From: Squalus acanthias
Taxonomy: Eukaryota
Direction: 5' to 3'
Assembly (NCBI GenBank): GCA_030390025.1
Contig: CM059432.1
Location: forward strand, 7,192,001 to 7,256,000
Length of the DNA stretch: 64,000 bases
In this document: one piece after another, positions 1-13,370 of the stretch
Numbering within the stretch: position 1 is the first letter of the stretch
Layout of the letters: each line of letters opens with the position of its first letter
Notes under the pieces: generated by a model
What the model was told of the DNA's origin: nothing
Database searches by the model: none
Seen by the model: only the letters and a program-made list of their open reading frames with translations
Translations under genes and position numbers: made by a program

Positions 1-773
1 TCAAACTGAAGCACAACTTCCTCGCCTTAGTTTTCCAGCCCCTTCAAGATAAAGACCGACAACCCATTAGCCTTTTTGATTACTTCTTGCACCGGTGAGC
101 TAGCTTTTAGTGATGTGTGTACATGGACACCCAAATCCCTTTTGCTCCTCCATAGTTCCGAGTCCCTCGCCATTTAGAAAATATTTACGGAGAGCGCAAG
201 CTGGGGGGCCGGCCTGGAGAGCAACATTGGAATAGTCAAGTCTCGAGGTAACGAAGATAGCGATACTGTAATTTCCTCAGCTAGTGCAAGGATCCCTCAC
301 CTTGTCGGCTCAACCAGGGGCAAATTAACCCGTCCCAAATACAATTCGCGACGCTGGGACATCTGAGCCATTCAGCCACCCAATAATCATCTGGTTTTGC
401 TAGAAACCTAAAAAGCAGCTCGAGGGCTTTTTGGCATTCAAGATTTAACAAAAAAATAGTTTGTGGCTGCTAGGCTGAACATGGTTAAAATCCAGAAAGA
501 TGGCAATCTTTATGAATAGCTGGTCTGATCCTTATTAGTAGGCTCATGAGCAATAGTTCAAAGAGCTTTGTGCACAGTGTTTGAGAAAACTGCACTTAAC
601 ATTTCCCATTCATTCTCGGGAGAATTCCCCAAAATGTTTAAGAATCACACAGTGACAAATGAATTGCGTATCCTCAGTCTTTTGAGACTCTTCAAAATGC
701 TTCTTGCCTGTTGCGTTACTGAAGCGCAGATAAATTTTAACGCCGTGTGTTTTTCTCTTTTTTTTTTGCACAG

Positions 774-1603
774 GATGCTGAAACAGGCCATTGCAATGAG
801 AGTGCTGATTACTCAAGCAAGCCTGACTGTAAACGATGATGTTACCAATCACTGCAAGTCATCCGAACTGCTGAGGCTGACGCTGGACAACGTTCTGCTC
901 AACCTGGCGCCGGTGGTGAACCACTCCAGGCCCCCATCGCGGGAATTCCGAGCTGAGCCCAGCGATGGCTTTTCGGAACTTTACCTGCTCGAGGTGTGCG
1001 TCGGGGACCTGCAGATTGACAACCAGCTTTACCACAAGGCGAGCTTCCACTTCCCTGCCCTGCTTTGCCAAGAGCTGAAACCAGAAAGCCTGCAGTGGAG
1101 AAATGGCTCCAATTCGACACTTTCGGCCAAGGACCTCGACGACTACAAACGCAAATGCTTTCTTAAAGCCCGTGTCCGCTTAAGGGAGCAGAATTTTGTA
1201 TTCACCGTGAATGAGTTCAACTTTGCGTTGAAACCGGCGAGACTCTACGTGGAAGACACGTTTGTGTATTACATAAAGACTCTGTTTAACACGTACATCC
1301 CGGACACTGGGCTGTACCGTAAGCAAGTGAGGACGTCGTCCTGTTCAGCCGCTGACCTCCCTGTGCCTCAGCAAGTGACCAATGCAACGCAAGCGCTAGT
1401 GAATCCGATCAAGCTGCAACGGCTGACCATCCAAGCCGTGAGCTTGCTCGTCAGTGTCCACGCTTCAATAAAGTTATACATTGCGTCAGATCACGCTCCT
1501 CTTTCCTTCTCCCTCTTTGAGCGAGGGCCCATCTACACTACTCCCAGGCAGCTTATCCACGCGCTTGCCATGCACTATGCTGCAGGAGCGTTATTTCGGG
1601 CAG
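774..1603 (+). CDS. VPS13B: VPS13B coding exon (first exon in window; gene is 5'-truncated by the window)
   Basis: Polypyrimidine tract plus CAG acceptor at 771-773 and donor GTTAGT at 1604. Translation (DLQIDNQLY...KPARLYVEDTFVYYIKTLF...YIASDHAPLSFS...LAMHYAAGALFRA) matches the VPS13B C-terminal region as I recall it. Confidence 0.93.
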
Positions 1604-2946
1604 GTTAGTACAGCCGTTGCAATTTTGACGCTCCTGTTCAAGGTCAGCTTGTGCTGGGGCCATGAAAACGGGCCGTATCGCATCAGCCGCCGGTTACACA
1701 CCTCATAGGAACGGGAGGAGGCCATTCAGCCCCTCGAGTCTGTGCCACCATACAATGAGATCATGGCTGGTCTGTGACCTAACTCCATATACCCGCCTTT
1801 GGCCCATATCCCTTAATACCTTTGGTTAACCTAAAGCTATCCATCTCAGATTTAAAATTAACAATTGACCGAGCATCAACTGCCGTTTGCGGAAGAGAGT
1901 TCCAAACTTCTACCGTCTTTTGCGTGTAGAAGTGTTTCCTAACGTCACTCCTGAAAGGCCTGGTCTGATCTCGCCCATTTTACCCCCTAATTTTTAGACT
2001 ACGCCCCCTAGTCCAAGACTCCCCAACCAGCGGAAATAGTTTCTCTCTGTCTACCCTTAATATCCTGAAAACTTCGATCAGATCACCCCTTAACTTTCTA
2101 AATTCTAGGGAATACAACCCTAATTTGTGTAATCTCGCCTTGTAATTTAACCCTTGGAGAAGTGTTTGCTAATTTCACTCCTGAAAGGTCTGGCTCTAAT
2201 TTTTAGACTATGTCCCCCTAGTCCTCGACTTCCTAAATGGCTCATAGTTCAGACCAGCGACTCCATATAGAGGGAGTGGGACAATACACACCACCCCGCA
2301 CTGAGGGAATCAAGAGATATGGGGATAGGGCGGGAAAGTGGAGTTGTGGTAGAAGATCAGCCATGATCTTAGTGGATGGTGGAGCAGGCTCGAGGGGCCG
2401 TATGGCCTACTCCTGCTCCTAATTCTTATGTTCTATACTGACATACTATGAGATACATGTTGATGGCCAATTCTAAAGGAACAAGCTTTTGACTTGATGT
2501 TAGTATTCCCACCTCCGAGTTAGAAGGCGCAGGGTTCGAACCCTGGCCCCAGACAGTCCCCAGCGAGTGGAGCACCAGCTCTGAATTCTGGGTTGTCATC
2601 CAGCGGCGATACTCGCGCCTGCTGGGCGTGTGTGGCCCCTCGTCATCGTATGGGTTGTGTGAGCCCATAAAACCCTCCCACCATAGAGCACGAACTATCC
2701 CATCGGCTGGTTCTAATGGTGGTTAAGCCATGGAAAGAGTGTTGACGTCGTGGCCTGTTAATCCGCCTGCAAATCCTTCCACTACTTCACACTCTTCTCC
2801 AAGGGGAATCACATAAAGATACATAAAAAGCAACCATTTCTAAAGTTTACGTAAACATCAGAGAAATTAATTTTTATTTACTCTAAACAAACGTTCTCAT
2901 TGTTTCAGTCGTTTGCCATTGATGTTTTGGTTTATGTTCCCTGTAG

Positions 2947-3123
2947 GCTGGGTTGTTGGCTCTCTGGAAATTCTTGGAAGTCCAGCTAATTTGGTGCGAA
3001 GTATAGGTAATGGGATAGCGGACTTCTTCAGACTCCCGTATGAGGGACTGACCCGCGGACCAGGCGCCTTTGTCAGTGGAGTCTCCAGGGGAACAACTTC
3101 ATTTGTAAAACATATTTCCAAAG
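2947..3123 (+). CDS. VPS13B: VPS13B coding exon (177 bp, phase 1-1)
   Basis: ctgtAG acceptor and GTAAAT donor. Encodes GWVVGSLEILGSPANLVRSIGNGIADFFRLPYEGLTRGPGAFVSGVSRGTTSFVKHISK, in frame with the previous exon. Confidence 0.96.
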
Positions 3124-3313
3124 GTAAATGTTTTTTTCTGAATATAGTTAAAGTCCATATTCTCACACAGTATATGTAACACATAATATTAGTTTGTCAT
3201 CCTGTAATCCATAAGAAAATGAGAAACTGGAAACTTCTGTTCGGCAGTTTGGACAAATAACAACAGAAACAACTTATATGAAAGAAAGAAAGATTTGCAT
3301 TTACTTAGCACCA

Positions 3314-3745
3314 GTGTCAGCTGTGGCTCAGTGGGTAGCACACTCGCCTCTGAGTCAGAAGGTTGTGGGTTCAAGACCCACTCCAGGGACTTGAGCACAT
3401 AAAGCTAGGCTGACACTCCAGTGCAGTGCTGAGGGAGTGCCGCACTGTCGGAGGTGCCGTCTTTCAGATGAGACGTTAAACCAAGGCCCCGTCTGCGCTC
3501 TCAGGTGGACGTAAAAGATCCCATGGCACTATTTCGAAGAAGAGCAGCAGGAGAGTTATCCCTGGTGTCCTGGGGCCAATATTTATCCCTCAATCAACAT
3601 AACAAAAAAAAAACAGATTATCTGGTCATTATCACATTGCTGTTTGTGGGAGCTTGCACTTCAAATAGTACTTCATTGGCTGTAAAGCGCTTTGAGTCTT
3701 CCAGTGGTCATGAAAGGCGCTATATAAATGCAAGTCTTTTTTCTT
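3314..3745 (+). mobile_element. tRNA-derived Deu-domain SINE (SacSINE1/AmnSINE-like)
   Basis: A box (tggctcagtgg) and B box (gggttcaagaccc), central aaagatcccatggcact...ggtgtcctgg domain, and tail aaggcgctatataaatgcaagtctt. Other copies: about 3746-4085(-), 15432-15875(-), 26292-26650(-), 28290-28748(+), 35838-36290(+), 48378-48790(+), 59120-59580(-). Confidence 0.8.
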
Positions 3746-4974
3746 TCATGACCTCAGGACCTCAAAACGTCACCGGATGTCTCAAAGCGCTTTACAGCCA
3801 ATGAAGTACTTTTGGAGTGTAGTCACTGTTGTAATGTGGGAAACGCGGCAGCCAATTTGCCCACAGCAAGCTCCCACAAACAGCAATGTGATAATGAGCA
3901 GATAATCTGTTTTATTGATGTTGATTGAGGGATAAATATTGGCCCAGGACACCAGGGATAACTCCCCTGCTCTTCTGCGAAATAGTGCCGCGGGGTCTTT
4001 TACGTCCACCTGAGAGAGCAGACGGGGCCTCGGTTTAACCTCTCATCGTACGTGCTGCACTGGAGAGTCAGCCTAGATTTTTGTGTATAGTGTCTTCAAC
4101 GTAGTAAAACGTCCCAAGGCGCTTCACAGGAGCGATTATCAAACAAAATTTGACACCCACCCACATAAGGAGATATTGGGGCAGGTGACCAAAAGCTTGG
4201 TTGTAGAGGTATGTTTTAAGGAGCGTCTTCAAGGAGGAGAGAGAGGCGGAGAGGCTTAGGGAGGGAATTCCAGAGCTGAGGGCCTAGGCAGCTGAAGGCA
4301 CGGCCGCCAGTGGTGGAGCGATTAAAATCAGGGATGCTCAAAAGGACAACTTTACCAAATAAGGAAAGCCGAACTGTGCTGGTTTCTATAATGGGTATTT
4401 GTAGCAATTCAGGTAAAGTGTACTTTTTAAAATAGTTTATTTTATCAATTCTGAATATGTTCTTCCTTATAGTTAATGTTATTATTCACATATGTAATGT
4501 AAGTTAGATAAAATGAGCATAATTCATTAGTATGCCCTTCATTTGTAGGAAACAAATATATTTTTGAGGCCTGGTTGCTGAGATGTAGAGTGAAATCTAT
4601 ATTATAATTTAATTGCCGTATGCATATTGGGTCTTGTTATTCAAAAATGATAAAGATAGCTCATTTGTTTTAGAGTGCGGAAAACGGTAAATGTTCTTCC
4701 CAGTGCACACAGATCGCAAAAGCCCTGTTTAAAAGTCGTTTGCTCAGTTGCATTTCATTTTATCAGATCACACATCATCAAAATCTTTAATATCTGATAA
4801 ATACCTGACCTTTTCTCACAGCATGATTATACGAAGAGGATCTGAAGTTAAAATATGAATAGAAAAACTTTACGCGCTTCCTCACGTTTAAATTGTCCAT
4901 TCTCACAACTTTATCAAACGGTAGAAAATAAGGGTGTAATGTGGAGGTTCTACACCTAAACCTTTTCTGATTGG

Positions 4975-6005
4975 CAAGCTGTAACGAGTGGTGTGCCACA
5001 GGGATCAGTGCTGGGGCCTCAACTTTTTACAATTTATATAAATGACTTGGATGAAGGGACCGAAGGTATGGTTGCTAAATTTGCTGATGACACAAAGATA
5101 GGTAGGAAAGTAAATTGTGAAGAGGACATAAGGAGGCTACAAAGGGATATAGATAGGTTAAGTGAGTGGGCAAAGATCTGGCAGATGGAGTATAATGTGG
5201 GAAAATGTGAAGTTGTCCATTTTGGCAGGAAGAATAAAAAAGAAGCATATTATCTAAATGGTGAGAGATTGCAGAGCTCTGAGATGCAGAGGGATCTGGG
5301 TGTCCTAGTGCATGAATCACAAAAGGTTACTATGCAGGTACAGCAAGTAATTAGGAAAGCTAATAGAATGTTATCGTTTATTGCAAGGGGAATTGAATAC
5401 AAAAGTAGGGAGGTTATGCTTCAGTTATACAGGGCATTGGTGAGACCACATCTGGAGTACTGTGTACAGTATTGGTCTCCTTATTTAAGGAAGGATGTAA
5501 ATGCGTTGGAAGCAGTTCAGAGAAGGTTTACTAGACTAATACCTGGAATGGGCGGGTTGTCTTATGAGGAAAGGTTGGACAGGCTAGGCTTGTATCTGCT
5601 GGAGTTTAGAAGAATAAGAGGTGACTTGATTGAAAGATATAAGATCCTGAGGGGTCTGGACAGGGTGGATGTGGAGAGGATGTTTCCTCTTGTGGGAGAA
5701 TCTAGAACTAGGGCTCACTGTTTAAAAATAAGGGGTCGCCCATTTAAGACAGAGATGAGGAGAAATTTTTTTCTCAGAGGGTCGTGAGTCTTTGGAACTC
5801 TCTTCCTCAGAGGGCGGTGGAAGCAGAGTCTTTGAATATTTTTAAGGCAGAGGTAGATAGATTCTTGATAAGCAAGGGGGTGAAAGGTTATCGGGGGTAG
5901 GCGGGAATGTGGAGTAATCAGATCAGCCATGATCTTATTGAATGGCGGAGCAGGCTCGAAGGGCCGAGTGGCCAACTCCTGCTCCGAATTCGTATGTTCG
6001 TATGA
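4975..6005 (+). mobile_element. CR1 LINE 3' fragment (ORF2 RT C-terminal half)
   Basis: ORF 4993-5787 has PQGSVLGP, KFADDTK and LVRPHLEYCVQ motifs. CR1 3' hairpin and ttcgtatg tail. Confidence 0.92.
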
Positions 6006-6236
6006 ATATTGGGTCAAGTTTTGTTCAACACCCATAAAAATAATTTTCAGCAACATATGTTATGAGGTGAAAGTGAAACAGGGCACAGAAAGAAAGCGTC
6101 TTGCTCAGTTCAAAATAGGTGGGGATTTTTTTTTATATTGGTATTTATATTTTTTTTACAGCAGAAAATGATGTAAGGAAGATTGTCTTTCCGCTAAAGT
6201 GCCTTGTGAGAGACAGCTTGGCATCTGTGTATATAC

Positions 6237-6671
6237 AAACATACGAATTAGGAGCAGGAGTAGGCCACTCGTCCCCTCGAGCCTGCTCCGCCATTCAATA
6301 AGATCATGGCTGATCTGATTACTCCACATTCCTGCCTACCCCCGATAACCTTTCACCCCCCTTGTTTATCAAGAATCTATCTACCTCTGCCTTAAAAATA
6401 TTCAAAGGCTCTGCTTCCACCGCCCTCTGAGGAAGAGAGTTCCAAAGACTCGCGACCCTTTGTGAGAAAAAATGTCTCCTCATTTCTGTCTTAAATGGGC
6501 GACCCCTTATATTTAAACAGTGACCCCTAGTTCTAGATTCTCCCACAAGAGGAAACATCCTCTCCACATCCACCCTGTCAAGGCCCCTCAGGATCTTATA
6601 TGTTTCAATCAAGTCACCTCTTACTCTTCTAAACTCCACCGGATACAAGCCTAGCCTGTCCAACCTTTCCT
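6237..6671 (-). mobile_element. CR1 LINE 3' fragment
   Basis: RRVRGDLIETYKILRG...RHFFSQRV. Near-identical inverted copy of 5568-6003. Confidence 0.9.
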
Positions 6672-7356
6672 GCGTAATTGCAATTGCGTGAGGACACCCA
6701 CACATTGTTTTTTCTTTTGAAGATGGCACGTCATAAACCGATTTTACTGGGTAGCACTTTCGTAATAGGCAGATTGTCGGTTTTCTTTTAATGGGGCCAA
6801 ATGTTCCCTAGTGGCGATCGCATTGGTGTTTTTTTATAGTACGGGCTGTTCCTGACTGCCTCGGCCATTGCCTCTCACTTGCAGGATTTGCCAACAGAAC
6901 AATGACACATCTTTAATAAAAAAAAATGACGGTTGCCAAGTAAACCCTGGACCTTTCAAAATTGAATTAGCTTTGGCAACATACAGCACAATATGATGAT
7001 AAATGTATGTCTGGGAGGGAGTGACTAATGGAGTTATGAAGGAATCGATTCTGGGTCACCTTCTGTATTCATAAGCCACAAGAAGTTTGTCCTTCTACTG
7101 ATAATATACCTTTTTTTGCCGAGGACAGCAAGTCACGTTACCACGTTCCAAGAAGAAGGGAGAATCATTCCTAGGAACAGGAGTAGGCCATTTAGCCCCT
7201 CAAACCTGATCCGCTATTCAATTAGATCACGGCTGAACTGTATCTTAACTCCATCTACCCGCCTTGGTTCCGTATCCCTTAATATCCCTTGCCTAACAAA
7301 AATCTCTCAATCCCAAAACTTTGAATTGACCCCCCAGCCTCATAATATCCTTTAGG

Positions 7357-7548
7357 AGTGATGTGGAGATGCCGGTGTTGGACGGGGGAGGACAAATGTG
7401 AGAAGTCGCACAACACCAGGTTATAGTCCAACAGTTTTATTTGATATGATCTCTGCACTTCACCTGACGAAGGAGCAGCGCTCCGAAAGCTTGTGATTTC
7501 AAATAAAACTGTTGGACTATAACCTGGTGTTGTGCGACTTCTCACATT
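7357..7548. mobile_element. Palindromic PLE-type insertion, hammerhead family A, inside a CR1 fragment
   Basis: TSD tatcctttagg at 7346-7356 and 7549-7559. Inverted arms about 7394-7443 and 7499-7549. Hammerhead motif lies in the loop. Confidence 0.8.
7460..7496 (+). ncRNA. Minimal type I hammerhead ribozyme motif (family A)
   Basis: tcac CTGACGA a ggagc agc gctcc GAAA gc TT gtga: stem I tcac/gtga, stem II ggagc/gctcc, core boxes intact. Confidence 0.75.
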
Positions 7549-10067
7549 TATCCTTTAGGGGGAGAGAGTCCCAGATTTCCACCACTCTTTGTGTGAAGAA
7601 GTGCCTCCTGACATCGCCCCTGAACAGCCTAGCTCAAATTTTAAGGTTATGCCCCCTTGTTCTGGACTCCCCCAATAATTTCTCGCTATCAACCCTATCA
7701 ACTCCTTTAAATATCTTAAACACCTCAATTAGATCAGACCTTAATCTTTTATACTCGGTCAAAGTGATGGGGACAAACTAAGCGCGTGAGCTGAGGAACG
7801 AGAGGTGGATTTTAATTTTAAATGTAAGGTAATGTGCATTGGAAATTTGCAAGAGGTTTTAAGAAACAAAGGAATAGAAATCTTGGAATAAATTATATTA
7901 AAATAAGAAAAAAAGATAATTGGGGGAGAAGAGAAGAAAAAAGGGAGGACGAGTGTAGCAGAAGTGAAGTGTTTAACATTTTTTTATTTGTATAAAAAGA
8001 ATTGATGTTTTGTTTCAGGTTAATATTACAGTAATAAATCTATTGCTGGAATCTGCGTAAGTATCACTGTAATATTCAGGTTATTTCAGTGTCAGTGTGT
8101 GCCCAGGAAGATGGAGCTTTCCAGAGTTGCTGGTGGTTCCATTGTGAAGAAGGAGTCACAGAGTCAAACTGGTTTTCCTGGGAAGAAAGACATTTGCGAC
8201 GAGGGGACATGGATGATCATGGAATGATATAGCGCAGAAGGAGGCCACTCGGCCCATCGTGCCTGTGTCGGCTCTCTGAAAGAACTATCCAGTTAATCCC
8301 AATCCCCTGCTCTTTTCCCCCATAGCCCTGCAAATTTTTCCCCTTCAACTATTTTTCCGATTCCCTTTTGAAAGTTACTATTGAATCTGCTTCCACCGCC
8401 CTTTCAGGCAGCGCGTTCCAGATCACAACAACTCGCTACGTAAATAAAGTTCTCATCATCTCTGGTTCTCTGGCCAGTTACCTTAAATCTGTGTCCCCTC
8501 TGGTTACTGATCCTCCTGCCACTGGATGGTGTTGACGTAGCCAGGTTATTTATCTTTAAACTTATAATCACGGAACTATGATAGGATTTCCAACCCTCCA
8601 CGGTTACCCTGGAGACTCCAGGACACTGCCGCGAACAACCCAGGAGAAAAATCACAGGGCAATACATTTTTTTTTTAAAAACAATCTTTGAACACTTTGG
8701 TTATTAGTTCTAAAACTATCTGAGATGGGAGAAAAGGCTGTTTGACTGACAGTCATGAATCATTCAATCGGGTAATGACGAGTCTATTCGGTTTCCAATT
8801 GGTTTGGGAAGGCAGGGTGCCGGCAGGATGGACATGTTGGGCGATCAAACACTCCCATCAAACAGCACGGTTCTGGTTCACGACCATTGACGGCTGTCCC
8901 TTCTGTTGCCTGGGCCCCAAGCTCTGGAATTCCCTCCCTAAACCTCTCTGCCTCGCTACCTCTCTCTCCTCCTTTAAGACGCTCCTTCAAACCTACCTCT
9001 TTGACCAAGCTTTTGGTCATCTGCCCTAATATCTCCTTCTGTGGCTCGTTGTCAAATTTTGTTTGATAGTCGCTCCCTGTGAAGCGCCTTGGGACGTTTT
9101 ACTACATTAAAGGTGCTATATAAATACAAGTTGTTGTTGTTAATCTGTCTGGACTATCCTAATCATAACAATAGAATGTAACTGGTAACAGCCAAATAAT
9201 AATAATGGGGTTAAATACCCTGGAATCGTCACTTGATTACCTTCACAGTTAGAAGGGGAATTTGTACTGACTTTATTTTCCTGGATGTTTTACCTCTGGT
9301 CATTCAACCTGTTCAAATAAATTGGGCAGATTGCATCCAGAATTGCACTTGGTTTGTTTGAAGGAGCAGATTTCATTTGTCTGCTCTTATTCCAAGCTTT
9401 GTTATATTTTTAATATTGTGCGTATCACCTCTTCATATATTTGAAATCACAGAATAGAATCATAGAGATTTACGGCACAGAAGGAGGCCATTTGGCCCAT
9501 CCTGTCCGTGCCGGCAGACAAAGAGCTATCCAGCCTAATCCCACTTTCCAGCTCTTGGTCCGTAGCCCTGTAGGTTACGGCACTTCAAGTGCATATCCAA
9601 GTACTTTTTAAATGTGATGAGGGTTCCTGCCTCTACCACCCTTTCAGGCAGTGAGTTCCAGACCCCCATCACCCTCTGGGTGAAAAAATTTCTCCTCAAC
9701 TCCCCTCTAATCCTTCTACCAATTACTTTAAATCTGTGCCCCCTGGTTATTGACTGCTCTGCTAAGGGAATTAGTTCCTTCCCATCCACTCTATCTAGTT
9801 TGTCCAAATGAGTTTTTATGTGTGTTTGTGCAGGGGCATGAAGTAAAAAGAGAAAGGAAAGAAAGACTTGCATTGCTATAGCGGCTTTCACGACCTCCGG
9901 ATGTCCCAAAGCTCTTTCCAACCAATGAAGTACTTTTGAAGTGTAGTCAATGTAGGAAGGAGCAGGATTGATTTCTTATCTGATTATAGGAGTGATACTG
10001 TTCTAACTATATACTTTGTAAAAATACAGCGTTGTGTTGAGTCAGTGTTTCGTGTCTTTCTGTTCAG

Positions 10068-10238
10068 GCACTCTGACATCGATCACTAATCTGGCAACAA
10101 GTTTGGCCCGCAACATGGATCGGCTATCTCTGGATGAAGAGCACTACAACCGGCAAGAGGAATGGCGGAGACAGCTCCCAGACAGCCTGGGGGAAGGTCT
10201 GCGGCAGGGCTTGTCCCGGCTGGGAATCAGTCTGCTGG
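10068..10238 (+). CDS. VPS13B: VPS13B coding exon (171 bp, phase 1-1)
   Basis: tgttcAG acceptor and GTACGG donor. Encodes GTLTSITNLATSLARNMDRLSLDEEHYNRQEEWRRQLPDSLGEGLRQGLSRLGISLL. Confidence 0.96.
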
Positions 10239-12962
10239 GTACGGCAATATTGAAGAGCCTGATAATAAATCAAAAATGTTAAAAACGTAAACCGCGAGAG
10301 CTCATCAGAGTAAATTCTGAAGATAGACCCTCCAAACCCTTTGCCTGTTGCGTTTTTTTGAATCTGTACAGTATTAGAAAACCAATAACCCCATCACTGA
10401 AAACTGCATATTATAAAAACAGACTGTGTCTCAGCGATGGCCCTTTAATGTAGGTTGCGTTATTGATGACTGTAAATGTGTCTACGATGTGTCGGCCGTT
10501 TATGTTGAAGCACTTCAGCTTTGTTTATGCGGTTTTAAGTTTTGTGTAAACGTTGAAGAAAATCAGTTCATAATGAAGGAACCCAGACCCCGCCTGCCCC
10601 GAAATGATTCTGCTCGCTCTAGGGAAATGAATCTATTAATCTCAATAAGATGTTTCAGTTCTGCGTTCTTGCCTTGTTTTCGACGCAGATTTACATGTCT
10701 GTGGTGTGCTGCGCTGTGTGACATGGTTGGTGCATGCACATGAGAATTTATCTGGGGAAAAGTATCCTATTCTGTTCATTTCGTTAGAAACATCTTTTGC
10801 GTCAGAATCCATTTTGTAAAAGTCCTCCTTTCAACAGCCTTTGATGTTCTGTGACTTTTGGGGGGGGGATGGTTTTGGACAAGGTTTTCCCATTGTCATT
10901 ATTTTTGATAAAATGTAGAGCTGATTCCCACAATGTTCTTCAGGCATGGTCATTACATAGAGAGAATGGTATTGTACCGAAAACTATTTTATTTTGATAA
11001 TGGGGCAGTTCAGGGTTGCTCCAAGAACTCACTATGATATTTAGACTGTCTAGACTAGTAGATATTAAAAAGTGAGACATTAAAATATCCCGAATAGTTG
11101 AACAGACTGGTGTGCGCCAAGCTGAAAATGAGAATGTGGACTGCAAAATTACACAACTGAACGGAATGTACACCAAATAAGATTCTACAGCAATTGGAAA
11201 TCTTGCATTTTAATGAACGTGTAAATAGGGTAGACTAATAAATTATATTAAGAAGGGCCATAGTTTGTTAGCATTGATTTTCTAATATCAGAACGTGATG
11301 GTGGGAATAAACTCGAATTTTCATCTTCTGATAACATTGATTTATCTGTTGTTTGAAATTACTATTTTCTGCTCTCTGCACTTCGACCTATTACAGATTT
11401 TTCTACGTATTAGTCGACCCCTTGTGGCGAAACAGGCAGGGAGTCGAGACCAAGTATAGTGTTCCGTTGAAGCAGGGTTAGAGGGCCAGGGGGATAATTG
11501 GCCCCGGGTGTGCTGATGTAATCTGGTTGCCATTTCATGGGAGTAATTTTAACTTAACCTGCCCAACTGGAAGCTGACAGTATCGGAACGGCCGCCCGAT
11601 TTACAATTTACACTCCGCCCGATTCACACATTGAAGTCAATGAAAAGTAAAATGAGGCGGGGTGTAAAGGCCAATCTGATGCCGTTATTGTCCGGCCGGG
11701 TTAGGTTAAAATTACCTCCTGTAGATTCTGCCCTTATTTTTTTAATTTTATATTTTTAATGTCTGTAGTATCATAGCAAAACACATGGTAATTTGGGAAG
11801 CAGAGAAGTAGATTTATTTGGAGCCGTGGACACTGCGGTACAGGCTAAGGAGGCGGGAGGTGCAAAACTGAGGCTTTGGTGGGAGGGCATAATTAGAGTG
11901 TGACAAATTTACATAGAGACTTTCCATTGTAAACATGAACATAGGAATTTATAATGAGAAAAGTTGACAGGAGGTGGGCACAAATCAAAGAATTATAATA
12001 TATATAAATTTACTAAACTTGATTTTATTATGAGGATTATTCTCCTTAGAGCAGAGAACGTTATGGAGAGAGTTAATAGAGGCATTCAAAATTATGAAGG
12101 GTCTTGCTAGAGTAAATATGGAGAAACTGTTTCCACTGGTAGGAAACCAGTAACACAGATTAAAGGCAATTGGCAAAAGAACCAGAGAGATGAGAATTTT
12201 TTTTAATTTTTTTTTTTACGTAACAAGTTGTTACGATCTGGAATGCGCTGCCTGAAAGGGCGGTGGAAGCAGATTCGATAGTAACTTTCAAAAGGGAATT
12301 GGATATGTATTTGAAAAGGAAAACTTTTGCAGGGCTATGGGGCAAGAGCAGGGGAGTGGAACTAATTGGTTAGCGCAGGCACAATGGGCCACAAGGCCTT
12401 CCTTCTGTGCGGTATGAATTTTTGATTCTGTCTGAATTTCCATGGGTCTCAGCAAGGCCATTGGATGCCCTTTGTCTGATGGAATAAAGGTAACTTAAAA
12501 GTAGGATACTGAGAAGCGTGAAGTGATGACTTATGGAAGCAAAGGATGGTGGAAGCGGTTTCAATAGTAGCTTTCAAAAGGGAAGTGGATATATACTTAA
12601 AAGGGAAATTTTGCAAGGCTTTTGGGAAGGAGCAGGGGATTGGGACTGATTGGATAGCTCTTTCAAAGAGCCAGCACAGACAGTATGGGCCGAATGACCT
12701 CCTACTGTGCAATTTGATTCTATGAATCTATTTGGTGTGTCTTCTGAGAGCTGATATAAAGTGGCATTGATACCGGAGATACAGTATTTGTGGCCCAGAC
12801 AATCTACTTCTCACAAGCAAAAGAATAATACCAAGGATGGCGGTAGAGAGAGAGAGAGACTTCAAAGTTATTTTCTTTGAGAGAGCGAGAGACAGTGAAA
12901 ACTGCTTACCTGTAGAAAAGGCGCGACTGGATCCTTTTATCAGTTCTGCTTGATATTTCCAG

Positions 12963-13133
12963 GTGCCATTGCTGGTATCGTGGACCAGCCGATGCAGAAT
13001 TTCCAGAGGACGTCGGAAGTTTCAGCTGGGCGCAAAGCCAAGGATGTCATCTCTGGCGTGGGCAAAGGCATTGTGGGGGTTTTCACCAAACCGATTGGAG
13101 GGGCCGCCGAGCTCGTCTCACAAACTGGTTATG
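12963..13133 (+). CDS. VPS13B: VPS13B coding exon (171 bp) ending at a GC donor
   Basis: tttccAG acceptor. Encodes GAIAGIVDQPMQNF...GVGKGIVGVFTKPIGGAAELVSQTGY. Donor reads ATG|GCAAGT. Confidence 0.92.
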
Positions 13134-13370
13134 GCAAGTATAGAAGATTCTGTGTTTCATCAAACACTTTCCAGAACACACCACCTCTTCACACAAAGAA
13201 ACACACCTGTAGTCAAGTACTGCTACCAAGGTTAAATTCTTCCCCCCCCCCCCCCCCCCCACCGCCCCAATGATGTAAACTTTTAAACCTGACTTAAACC
13301 GTCACTTTTTTCCACATTTACTGACTGAGCAAAGCAACAAATAAATACAAGATAGTCACTGATAAATCCG

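Noticed and set aside
568..773. N-terminal 69 codons of the 346-aa ORF
   Set aside because: Intronic read-through upstream of a strong splice acceptor at 773. The protein similarity begins after it.
3314..3390. tRNA gene-like A/B boxes
   Set aside because: Head of a multi-copy SINE, not a complete tRNA cloverleaf.
4993..5787. 264-aa RT ORF as a functional or domesticated gene
   Set aside because: 5'-truncated, frameshifted CR1 copy like many others in the window.
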